Shown in pieces: positions 36,893 to 45,250 of a stretch of 64,000 bases of DNA (positions are counted from its first letter, which is position 1; the number at the start of each line of letters is the position of its first letter). Made by a program: the position numbers and the translations under genes. The stretch is from an uncultured Clostridium sp. (GTDB lineage Bacteria; Bacillota; Clostridia; TANB77; CAG-508): the NCBI GenBank assembly GCA_947647595.1, contig CANSKZ010000007.1:1229-65228 (forward strand), given 5' to 3'. The notes below the pieces were generated by a model that was not told the DNA's origin, did no database searches, and saw nothing but the letters and a program-made list of their open reading frames with translations.

Positions 36893-37601
36893 TTGTTCGT
36901 TCCCCTTTCATCGTTCGATAAGATAATTGTACTGCTTCTTCACTCATATCACACCCCAATTGATAAATTGGAATTTGTTTTAATATCTCTTCTAATATAT
37001 CAAAAAACTTCAACATTTCATCTTTTTCCAAATTCCTAAAAGTCTGTTCAAAAAACAACTTAATGGCATCTTTAGAATCCAATTTTCGAATCCAATTATC
37101 CTTTGACTGCTCAATAAAACAAATTGCTTTTAATTTAACCTTTGTATTTCGGCTTATATCATGTTTCCCAGAAAACGGTGTTCCATAAGCATAAATACCA
37201 TCTTCCAAAATACGAATCGCAGGTTTATCATCATTTAAAATATATGGCTTTTTATCTGCTAAATAGTTTAACCAAAGAGATGTATGGGTCGATTTTCCTG
37301 TTCCGCAATTAGCCGAAAAAAAATAAGCCTCATCTTCTACAACTACAGCAGATGCATGTAATAGACATCCCTGATAATTTAGCAATCCTCGATAAAATGT
37401 ATTTCCTACCAACATATACTCTGCCAACTCTTCGCTAAATCCTGGATTATCTCTCATTTCTTTTTGGATATGTTCATCATATACAATTATTTTAAAGTCT
37501 CTTTTGGTTTCTTCTGCTACTTTATATTTCTCAGCTCTTGTCTTCAGCATTTTATATCTTGGTTCAAACTCAACAATCACCTCAGCAATTTCACACTTCA
37601 T
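36882..37601 (-). CDS. HPr-kinase-C-terminal-domain-like protein (putative peptide Ser/Thr/Tyr kinase)
   Basis: 239 aa; P-loop SANCGTGKSTHTSLW and overall size similar to HprK-like kinases found in RiPP (lasso) clusters. Confidence 0.55.
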   Translation of the reverse strand: MKCEIAEVIVEFEPRYKMLKTRAEKYKVAEETKRDFKIIVYDEHIQKEMRDNPGFSEELAEYMLVGNTFYRGLLNYQGCLLHASAVVVEDEAYFFSANCGTGKSTHTSLWLNYLADKKPYILNDDKPAIRILEDGIYAYGTPFSGKHDISRNTKVKLKAICFIEQSKDNWIRKLDSKDAIKLFFEQTFRNLEKDEMLKFFDILEEILKQIPIYQLGCDMSEEAVQLSYRTMKGERTNEN

Positions 37602-37632
37602 ATCCTTACCTCATTTGTCTATTTTCATTGCA

Positions 37633-37666
37633 AAAAATCGAGGAAGATTTTCCGCCTCGATTTTTT
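37633..37666. terminator. hairpin (TCGAGG-loop-CCTCGA plus T-run on minus strand) between peptide ORF and modification genes; partial terminator/attenuator
   Basis: Stem-loop immediately 3' of the 44-aa ORF stop, typical precursor-then-hairpin RiPP layout. Confidence 0.45.
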
Positions 37667-37801
37667 CTAATAATCTCCAGTATTATCAACTATTGTTGAG
37701 TTTTGTGTATTTTCACTACCACGTGCACGTACTTTATCTGATATTGTACTATCTACCTCTGAGAATGGTTGCATTCCCATATCTGGATCTGGAACTGACA
37801 T
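37667..37801 (-). CDS. candidate 44-aa precursor peptide MSVPDPDMGMQPFSEVDSTISDKVRARGSENTQNSTIVDNTGDY
   Basis: Not in the ORF track (<60 aa); strong RBS GAGGAGG 8 nt upstream of ATG 37801; Ser/Thr/Asp/Asn-rich, C-terminal Tyr; heads the operon. Confidence 0.4.
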   Translation of the reverse strand: MSVPDPDMGMQPFSEVDSTISDKVRARGSENTQNSTIVDNTGDY

Positions 37802-37977
37802 ATAATTTTCCTCCTCTTACTTCATTTAAAATTTAATTATCTAATATTATTATACTATAAACAAACTCTTTTGTCAAGAACTTTATGTAAATTTTTTGTC
37901 ATTATTTTATAAAAGAAAGCAGTGGAAGCCCACTGCCTTCGATTTATATGAATTTTTAACGTCTTACGGCTGACGTG

Positions 37978-40900
37978 CTACTGCAAATACTGATTGAAAT
38001 CGATTGACACAACTTCATCGCTGTATCTCTCTTCCGTTTCTCCAGTATTTGTATTTTCGATTCGGCAGTAAATCCGACTCCTCAAGAGTTTGTCTCTCAC
38101 AAATAATGCTGGGTTGACTAATGTCAGTTCCCACCGTGCATTATTGGGGTAGATTTCGCTCCCTTCAGGTTTCGGAGCAACTTTAGCCGAACCTGTTGTC
38201 AATGTAATGTCCTCATCAGCCAAAACATCGACAGGTTTTGTGGAAAGTATTATCCCCCATTCCTTTACTTCATAATTAGATGGAATATCCACCTTCGGAG
38301 TAAAGAAAATGGTATTTTGGGACGCATCTACCTCAAACTTCTGCCCAGTCCATAACAGTCTCGGCATCGGTTTTCCAGGTGTTCCAGACCAGATTGTCTG
38401 AAGAAAAACATCTTCGGCCCCCATAGTGAAATCGTACTCCGCATAGTCGCATACAATCTCACCTTTTTCGTTTGCCCAACCGTTGAAATACAACGGTTCT
38501 TCGCTTTCTGGTGCTTCACCAGCAACCAGATAAAAATGGGTTCCTTCTGCATAAAGCCCTTCTTCATTCATCAAGCCTTTATACATATCAATTTCTCCTC
38601 CCACAATATTCAATGCAGAATATCTAAGAGGATTTTCCTGGTACATTCCAGTGACCAAAACAGCCTGCTTAGCAGCTGTCCTTGCTTTGATTGCATCCGA
38701 CAATCTTTCTCCTGACTCTGAATAATATTCTTCGTCAGAATCTGAAGTCTTCGAGTACAAAACCTCGTTTTCTTCATCATCTTTCAGCATCCAGCCCAAG
38801 AACGTTGAGCCAAATTTCGGATACGTAGGAATTTCCGAAACAGATTCTCCAAAAGGAACTGCCTCTTTTAAAACCTCCTCACCGTATTGAGTAACAAATG
38901 TCACCTCTACGGTTTTATCCGATTCCCGGAAATTAACTATAATTTCCACATCCCTTGCAGGCATGGAAAAGTTAATTTTGGGGCTTGTTTCTGGAGTATT
39001 GGAAGAATTAACTCCCATGTAACTTACAAACGTATAGTCATCATTGCTGATAGACTCTAACGGAATATTACCAGGAACTACATATTCCTCATAGACATTA
39101 TCCTCAAACAAAAGATTCTGCCCATTCATCAATATTCTTCCTTTGCCGCCAACCCGACGTAGTGTCAGTTTGTAAACAGTGTTAAACACTGCTGTTACTG
39201 TCATGTTGGATTTTATTCTAAAGGTTGCTGTTGGTGGTAACTTTTCCTCTCCATTCGTCCAACCTACACATTGCAGATTGTTCGGATTGGATTCTTTCAA
39301 AGTAATTTCTGTATTATACTCAAAGGTAAGTAACTCACCTGGTTGTACAGTTGTGCCATTGACTTTAAGAACAACACCCTCAACGTCTTTGGCATTTTCA
39401 GTAACCCCAAGTGTAAGATTACACTCTATTTTCTTGAGATTACAGGTAACCGTTTTATTCTTGTCAAGCTGGATATCTATTTCCAGTCCTGAGCCAAGCT
39501 CATTTCCTTCTTCATCAATCCAATTCTCGACTTCATATCCTTCATCTGGTTCAACAACCAAATGATGGGTCCCTTTTGGAAGCTCTCTCGTATCGGAAAG
39601 AACTTCGTCGCCAAGTTTGATTACGCCATTTTCAACCCGTGTAGTAAGTTGATAGACCTCAATAAAAGTAGCTTCAAAATGATACTCTCTCTCCTCAGAT
39701 ACAATAAAACTGTATTCCCTCGAAGAAATTTTGTTACCTGCATCATCTGTCCACTCAAAGAATTTGAAGTGTTCAGTATCTTCGGCTGTAACCATAGATG
39801 CTGTTCCTACAGGAACAGGCTTCATGGCAATTTCCTTTTTGTCAATTTTGACTATTCCACCATTACTACTTACTGACACTTTTCCAGCTAATTGACGAAA
39901 AATTGGGGTAATGGTAATCGGACCATCAACCTCCCAATTAAGGGTTGGTTCTTCTCCAAGAGTGTTCCCCTCAGAGTCTACCCATTTGACAAATGCATAT
40001 CCGTCATCTGGAACCGCATCCATGTTAAGCAAATACCCTTTGCAAAATTCCTGATCTGGTAGCCAATTTGTGTTTTCCACATGACCGCCAATGGGGTTTT
40101 CGTTGACATTGATAAAATACCATTCACTGAAAAAAGCTTCTACAGTGATATTTTCTTCCATCTTGAAGGAAATACCATTTCCTTCGAGATTAGATGACAT
40201 TATTTCATTATTTACCATCCAGTAAGCAAACCTGTATGGTTCAACTTCCAGTGGTAACAATTCAATATCTGTACCAATTTCAAAGTCGAAATTGGCCATG
40301 TCATCCTCAAACTCTACCTCTTCGCCGTTCAGCATTAACAAACTGTTCGACTTTAAGGTAAGGTGACCCATTGGTATTTTTTCGAATACAGCTTTTACGT
40401 CTGTATCCTTGTCAATGGTTTCCGTCAGAGGATTTTCCTCTTTCTTCATTCCATTAACCAGCCAGTGCAAAAATCTCCAACCTTCCGCTGCTTCTGGCAC
40501 AAAATCAAATTCGGTACCTAGAACAACTTCTTTGTTGTCAAATTCTTCGCCATTGGCGAAAACTTTGCCTTCACCTTCTATACTAACGCTAAGCGTTGCA
40601 TATTCCGGTTCTGGCGGTGTAACCTGTTTTTCTGTGAATATTGCTTCCACAACTGTATTTTGGTTAATGGTTTCCTTCAGCGGATTTCCCTCTTTCTTCT
40701 TCCCATTAACCAGCCAATGAGACAATTCAGAATTTTCTCCTGGCTTTGCCTTAAAATTTACCACTGAACCAGCAGTAACTTTTTTGGTGCTCGCAGTGCT
40801 TCCGTTCATTAGTACAGAACCAAAACCCTGTACTTTTACAGTCACATCGTACTCCTTTTTTACAGGAACTGGATTGGGATTGGGATCTGGATTTGGTGCT

Positions 40901-41793
40901 GGTGGCTGTGGGGTAGGCTTTGCAGGCTCGTCAACTTTTAACGAAACGCTGTCCGTAAAAGTCTTTTTCTTACCTTTTTGGGTCCGTCCTACATACTTAA
41001 CTTTTATAGGGAATTTTTCCCCAGTAACAGTTTTGGCCGCTGATACCGAATAAGTTTTCAGTACCTTTTTTTTGCCATCCGTATATTTTGCTCTTACAGT
41101 TGAAACTGATTTAAAAGCACTTTCTACGAATTGCTGACCTTTGGTCAACCGCAAATTGGCCTTCGTTATCTGTATCTTTTTGATAGGGATAACTTTTACC
41201 CACACAGAAGCCTTACAGCTGCCAATAGAAAAGTTTAATTTCATTAATCCTTTCTTATTAGCTTTTACTGTTTTCCCAACTTCCTTACAAACTGCTCCTT
41301 TAAAATTGGAACGTTTTTTTCCATCGCTGAACTCCGCCGTCCGTTTTGTTGCTTTTAATGCATCCGAATTTGTAAGAATTTGCCCCTCATAAAGTGGAGT
41401 TTTTGTTGCTTTTACTGTGAGTTTTTTGGCTTCAATGCCAATCTTCACAGTTTCCACTTTTGTCAAGTTACCATAGAAAAATGTCAACTTGACAGTGCCA
41501 TTTTTATTGGCATGCAAGTATTTTCCTTTTTCTTGGATTTTGACTGGTACGTTAAAACCTTCACCCACTTGCGGATGGGCTAAAACTGTAGCCGACAGCT
41601 GGTCAATTTTCTGCTGTGACAATAACATGCCGTCATACCAGCCGTTCTTTTTGGGAGCATCTTCGTTGAAGTCTACCGAAATCCATGTAGCCTCACCGTT
41701 TGCTGCGTTTGCCGTCAAGTTGCTCATTGGTATTGCGGTAATCACCGTTACTAATACCAATACTGTTGCCATTAATTTCCGTAATGTTTTCAT
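37978..41793 (-). CDS. large secreted surface protein with signal peptide, Ig-like and multiple InlB B-repeat (Listeria-Bacteroides repeat) domains
   Basis: 1271 aa; signal peptide MKTLRKLMATVLVLVTVITAIPMSNLTANA; repeated F.GW/HW/YW ... AVF/AIF modules about 70-80 aa apart; Pro-rich linker PTPQPPAPNPDPNPNPVP. Confidence 0.7.
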   Translation of the reverse strand: MKTLRKLMATVLVLVTVITAIPMSNLTANAANGEATWISVDFNEDAPKKNGWYDGMLLSQQKIDQLSATVLAHPQVGEGFNVPVKIQEKGKYLHANKNGTVKLTFFYGNLTKVETVKIGIEAKKLTVKATKTPLYEGQILTNSDALKATKRTAEFSDGKKRSNFKGAVCKEVGKTVKANKKGLMKLNFSIGSCKASVWVKVIPIKKIQITKANLRLTKGQQFVESAFKSVSTVRAKYTDGKKKVLKTYSVSAAKTVTGEKFPIKVKYVGRTQKGKKKTFTDSVSLKVDEPAKPTPQPPAPNPDPNPNPVPVKKEYDVTVKVQGFGSVLMNGSTASTKKVTAGSVVNFKAKPGENSELSHWLVNGKKKEGNPLKETINQNTVVEAIFTEKQVTPPEPEYATLSVSIEGEGKVFANGEEFDNKEVVLGTEFDFVPEAAEGWRFLHWLVNGMKKEENPLTETIDKDTDVKAVFEKIPMGHLTLKSNSLLMLNGEEVEFEDDMANFDFEIGTDIELLPLEVEPYRFAYWMVNNEIMSSNLEGNGISFKMEENITVEAFFSEWYFINVNENPIGGHVENTNWLPDQEFCKGYLLNMDAVPDDGYAFVKWVDSEGNTLGEEPTLNWEVDGPITITPIFRQLAGKVSVSSNGGIVKIDKKEIAMKPVPVGTASMVTAEDTEHFKFFEWTDDAGNKISSREYSFIVSEEREYHFEATFIEVYQLTTRVENGVIKLGDEVLSDTRELPKGTHHLVVEPDEGYEVENWIDEEGNELGSGLEIDIQLDKNKTVTCNLKKIECNLTLGVTENAKDVEGVVLKVNGTTVQPGELLTFEYNTEITLKESNPNNLQCVGWTNGEEKLPPTATFRIKSNMTVTAVFNTVYKLTLRRVGGKGRILMNGQNLLFEDNVYEEYVVPGNIPLESISNDDYTFVSYMGVNSSNTPETSPKINFSMPARDVEIIVNFRESDKTVEVTFVTQYGEEVLKEAVPFGESVSEIPTYPKFGSTFLGWMLKDDEENEVLYSKTSDSDEEYYSESGERLSDAIKARTAAKQAVLVTGMYQENPLRYSALNIVGGEIDMYKGLMNEEGLYAEGTHFYLVAGEAPESEEPLYFNGWANEKGEIVCDYAEYDFTMGAEDVFLQTIWSGTPGKPMPRLLWTGQKFEVDASQNTIFFTPKVDIPSNYEVKEWGIILSTKPVDVLADEDITLTTGSAKVAPKPEGSEIYPNNARWELTLVNPALFVRDKLLRSRIYCRIENTNTGETEERYSDEVVSIDFNQYLQ

Positions 41794-42061
41794 ATAAATT
41801 CCTCCTTTTCATTTTTATTTTAACCTACGAAAATATATATATAATACAGCTACCTAATGGTAGCATTCTATAATAATTATACTAAATTTTAACAATCTTG
41901 TCAATTATTTTTGTGTGAATTCTTGATGAATTTTTTAACTTTTTATCGATATTTTTTTAAAAATTTTTTAATTTTTTTGCATTTAGGTATTGTATTTTTG
42001 AAAAAACTGTGTTAGACTATTAAATAGTCGGTTTAAAAAAAGTAATGGAGGTGCTAAAAAA

Positions 42062-42262
42062 ATGGCAAAATGTATCGTTTGTAATAAAGAAACAACTTGG
42101 GGAAATGACCTTAGTATTACACGTTCACATATTAGTAAAAGAAATAGCAGAACTGTAAAACCTAACTTAAGAAGAGTAAAAGCACTTATTAATGGTGAAG
42201 CTAAAAGAGTCTTTGTTTGTGCAAAATGTTTACGTTCTGGAAAAATAAAAAGAGCTAATTAA
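42062..42262 (+). CDS. rpmB: 50S ribosomal protein L28
   Basis: 66 aa; MAKCIVCNKETTWGNDLSITRSHISKRNSRTVKPNLRRVKALINGEAKRVFVCAKCLRSGKIKR matches L28. Confidence 0.85.
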   Translation: MAKCIVCNKETTWGNDLSITRSHISKRNSRTVKPNLRRVKALINGEAKRVFVCAKCLRSGKIKRAN

Positions 42263-42287
42263 TCGTGAAATATACTATTTAAATAGA

Positions 42288-42328
42288 AAAAAATACTTAA
42301 AAAAGCTAACCTTTTTTAAGTATTTTTT
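42288..42328. terminator. rho-independent terminator after rpmB
   Basis: AAATACTTAAAAAAG-loop-CTTTTTTAAGTATTT perfect stem followed by T-run. Confidence 0.55.
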
Positions 42329-42424
42329 ATGCATTTTATGTATTTTTAATACCAAAAATAAATTTTACAAGTCCTCTCAAATGTTTGGGAACTTTTTTTA
42401 CAACAATTGTCATTTTCCTTCCTC

Positions 42425-42580
42425 CTATCTTCCTAAGATTTTTTTAATTCCTGTTATGATTAGTCCAATCGAAATAATACATAACCATGCAGTCGGAGGC
42501 AAAATGAGTATCAAAAGCATCCCAATTCCAGCTCCTAAAATACATCCAGCTATAATTTTTCTACATTTTTTAAAAAACAT
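42425..42580 (-). CDS. hypothetical small membrane protein (51 aa)
   Basis: MFFKKCRKIIAGCILGAGIGMLLILILPPTAWLCIISIGLIITGIKKILGR with AAGGAGG RBS; below ORF-track size cutoff. Confidence 0.3.
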   Translation of the reverse strand: MFFKKCRKIIAGCILGAGIGMLLILILPPTAWLCIISIGLIITGIKKILGR

Positions 42581-42699
42581 CTCTTTTCCTCCTTAGTATA
42601 TTTTATTGAATTTATACGAATTATGTGAACAAAAAAGATTGATAATTTTTTCAATCTATGATAAAATTAAATAAATTTTTTAAGAAAGGATTCTATTTC

Positions 42700-43149
42700 A
42701 TGGAAAAAATCATCGCAAAAAATCCTACTGCAAGGCATAATTATACGATTAACAGTACCTTTGAAGCTGGTATTGTTTTGACAGGAACGGAAATTAAATC
42801 CATTCGAAATGGTAAAATAAATTTAAAAGATACGTATGTAAATATAAAAAATGGAGAAATTTTTATTTATGGTATGCATATTTCCCCTTATGAATTTGGA
42901 AATCGCTTTAATCCAGACCCACTTCGTAATCGTAAATTACTACTTCATAAGAAAGAAATTTTTAAATTGCAAGGTATGATAAAAGAAAAAAGTGTTTCTT
43001 TAGTTCCAATTTCTATGTATTTTCGCAGAAACAAAGTAAAGCTTGAAATTGGTATCGGAAAAGGCAAAAAATTATATGACAAACGCCAAGACATGGCAAA
43101 AAAAGATGCTGAAAGAAAAATTGAACGTGCTTTAAAAGGTGAATTTTAA
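42700..43149 (+). CDS. smpB: SsrA-binding protein SmpB
   Basis: Start at internal ATG 42700; ...[32 protein letters not shown]...LLLHKKEI... typical SmpB. Confidence 0.85.
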   Translation: MEKIIAKNPTARHNYTINSTFEAGIVLTGTEIKSIRNGKINLKDTYVNIKNGEIFIYGMHISPYEFGNRFNPDPLRNRKLLLHKKEIFKLQGMIKEKSVSLVPISMYFRRNKVKLEIGIGKGKKLYDKRQDMAKKDAERKIERALKGEF

Positions 43150-43169
43150 AATCCACCTTTTGTTTATTT

Positions 43170-43466
43170 TTATACTAATTCTGTAACTCCTTCTGTTTCG
43201 TTTGCTTTTCCCATTGCTGCTAGTGCTTTTTCTTCGATGCAAACCCCTTTGAATTCATCATACCCTAAAAATCTGGTTAAATTTTTATTTGTAATTCCAG
43301 TTGCTATAGCTAATTCTCCTTGGGTTAATTCTTCATATCCTTGGTTTTCAATAAATCCTTTTAGTCTTTGTAAATCTGCTCCATCTTTGGTTTGACATTT
43401 GCTACATACTTCTGTATCAGCAATATACATACAACCACAACGTACACATTTTTTTGCTTCTATCAT
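43170..43466 (-). CDS. small zinc-ribbon/HTH protein (YvyF-like?)
   Basis: 98 aa; CVRCGC...CSKCQ zinc ribbon followed by helix-turn-helix-like segment. Confidence 0.3.
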   Translation of the reverse strand: MIEAKKCVRCGCMYIADTEVCSKCQTKDGADLQRLKGFIENQGYEELTQGELAIATGITNKNLTRFLGYDEFKGVCIEEKALAAMGKANETEGVTELV

Positions 43467-43560
43467 TTTTTATCCTCCTTCGTTCCTATTTACTTTCAAA
43501 GTTATTGTATCATAAAAAAAACAAAAAGCAAGATAAAATTACAAATTTCATCAATTTTTT

Positions 43561-43950
43561 CTATTTGGTAATTTGCTCAAAAATTTCTTGAGGCTCTTTC
43601 AGCCCATTTTTATTGATTTCTAAATGAAAATTGTCATTTTCGTATCTTGGAATTAAATGCATATGATAATGCTTTACTTCTTGTCCATATTCATTATTTT
43701 GCACTCTTGTAATACCTTGACAATTCAATTTTTCTTTCAATAATTTGCCTATTTTCTGACTTGCTATTTCGATACTTTTCAACGTTTCTGCATCCATTTC
43801 ATATAAGTTTTCAAAATGCTTTTTAGGGATAATCAAAGTATGCCCATTACTTTCTGGACTAATATCTAAAAATGCTTTGACGATTTCATTTTCATATATT
43901 GTGTAACTTGGAATTTCTCCTTTTATAATTTGACAAAAAATACAATTCAC
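43561..43950 (-). CDS. HIT-family protein
   Basis: 129 aa; CIFCQI...HxHMHLIP histidine triad. Confidence 0.8.
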   Translation of the reverse strand: MNCIFCQIIKGEIPSYTIYENEIVKAFLDISPESNGHTLIIPKKHFENLYEMDAETLKSIEIASQKIGKLLKEKLNCQGITRVQNNEYGQEVKHYHMHLIPRYENDNFHLEINKNGLKEPQEIFEQITK

Positions 43951-44032
43951 GTTTTTTCTCCTTTTCTTTTTTACCTGATATTTTACCTTTTATAAAAGCG
44001 AGCGAAATTTACGAATCGTAAATTTCTCACGC

Positions 44033-44541
44033 TTGTTAAGTAAATCTGTAAGCCGGGTTCTGTCGTGAATAGTCATTTATCTAGGATATACATTGCTGTA
44101 TACCTCAAGCCACTCAATTAGAATCATAGAAGTCTTAAAAGAGCAAAGTTCTTCTTTCTAAAAGGTGTTGCTCCAGATGGGGTTTACACGGACGCACTAT
44201 ATCACTATAGTGCCGGTGAGCTCTTACCTCGCCTTTTCACCATTGCCATAATTATCGTGCAAATTTTTGAAAAAATTCTTTTAAACATTTTAAAACCCCT
44301 CTAAAATTTTCCCAAATTTCCTCTCTATTCATCGAGTAAATTTTTTTCAAAAATCCTCTCTTTTTCATCGAGTAAATTTTTTTCAAAAATTTCCACGATA
44401 ACTATGGCTGTTCTTTTCTGTTGCACTTTCCCTAAGGTTACCCTCGCTTGACGTTATCAAGCATCCTGCTCTTTGAGAGCCCGGACTTTCCTCTCATGAA
44501 GCCTTTCGACTTTCATCAGCGACTATTCAATTTACTTGAGA
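44033..44541 (-). ncRNA. rnpB: RNase P RNA (bacterial type B), unusually long (about 510 nt) with an AT-rich expansion
   Basis: Minus strand contains GAGAGGAAAGUCCGGGCUC (P4 5' half), GUAAACCCCAUC, and 3' ACAGAACCCGGCUUACAG (P4 3' half); P1 pairing AAGUAAAU/AUUUACUU; followed by terminator hairpin 43997-44031. Confidence 0.7.
44329..44390. repeat. tandem duplication (2 x about 26 nt core, 36-nt period) TCATCGAGTAAATTTTTTTCAAAAAT inside the RNase P RNA gene
   Basis: Two direct copies at 44329-44354 and 44365-44390. Confidence 0.5.
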
Positions 44542-44626
44542 TTAGTTTATCATATTTTCAAAAAATAGTCAAATTTTTAAACGCCAAAAAGGCAAGCCTT
44601 AAATTTCAAGCTTGCCTCTGACCTTT

Positions 44627-45115
44627 TCATAACCTAGCACAAACGCCAGTTAACACGTCACTAGCTTTGGTCGTGGCTGAAAGATTCCTCAAGTAGTTAA
44701 TCACGCCGTCGTTTGGAATGATTTTCATTTTTGCATCTGGTGTTTCTATTTCACTGTATCCATTCCCCAAAAATACGACTATTTTTTCTTCACCAGTCGT
44801 AACTTCAACGGATTGCAACTCCGCCTTCTGCTGTGGCAAAAAACACTGATACACTTTCTCCACATTTTCCTTTTTTACAGTGACGATTGCAATATAATCT
44901 TCAATATCGTCACTTAACCTAATTTCTTCACCGGTTGCCGTGAAAAATGTCGTTTTTTTATTAAAGTCTTTCAATTTAGTTGGCATGGGAATTCCCATTT
45001 GCTGTAATAAAGCCGCCAAATCCGCGATTGTACCCTGATAAGCGGTACAATACCGTTTCAGAAATTTTTTCAATTCCTTGTCAGCAGTGCTTAAATTTGT
45101 TGCCTTATTATTCAT
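44627..45115 (-). CDS. hypothetical protein
   Basis: 162-aa ORF, no family recognised. Confidence 0.35.
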   Translation of the reverse strand: MNNKATNLSTADKELKKFLKRYCTAYQGTIADLAALLQQMGIPMPTKLKDFNKKTTFFTATGEEIRLSDDIEDYIAIVTVKKENVEKVYQCFLPQQKAELQSVEVTTGEEKIVVFLGNGYSEIETPDAKMKIIPNDGVINYLRNLSATTKASDVLTGVCARL

Positions 45116-45250
45116 ATTGTTCCTCCTTAATTGTTTATTTTCTAATCTTGCAATATAGCAAAATTTAATTATATTATACTATAAATTTACATAATTTTCA
45201 AGTCCTTTATTCATAAAAGAATAATTAAATGTTTCTAACTTAAAACATGT

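Noticed and set aside
33674-37801. Calling the operon a lasso-peptide cluster
   Set aside because: No Asn-synthetase-like cyclase or transglutaminase-like B2 protease anywhere nearby, and the 44-aa peptide lacks a Thr at -2 and a ring-forming Asp/Glu 7-9 residues after a Gly/Ala/Ser/Cys start.
39179-41797. Multiple 60-130-aa plus-strand ORFs inside the 1271-aa surface protein gene (and similar antisense ORFs inside topB, the ABC transporter, kinase and so on)
   Set aside because: Shadow ORFs on the opposite strand of long, well-supported genes; low-complexity Ser/Phe/Leu-rich translations typical of antisense AT-rich DNA.
44329-44390. CRISPR-like direct repeats
   Set aside because: Only two copies, 36-nt period, no spacers of comparable length and located inside rnpB; no cas genes in the window.
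44033-44541. tmRNA (ssrA) expected near smpB
   Set aside because: The structured RNA here carries RNase P P4 motifs (GGAAAGUCCGGGCUC / ACAGAACCCGGCUUA), not the tmRNA tRNA-like ends or tag ORF; no tmRNA found in the window.
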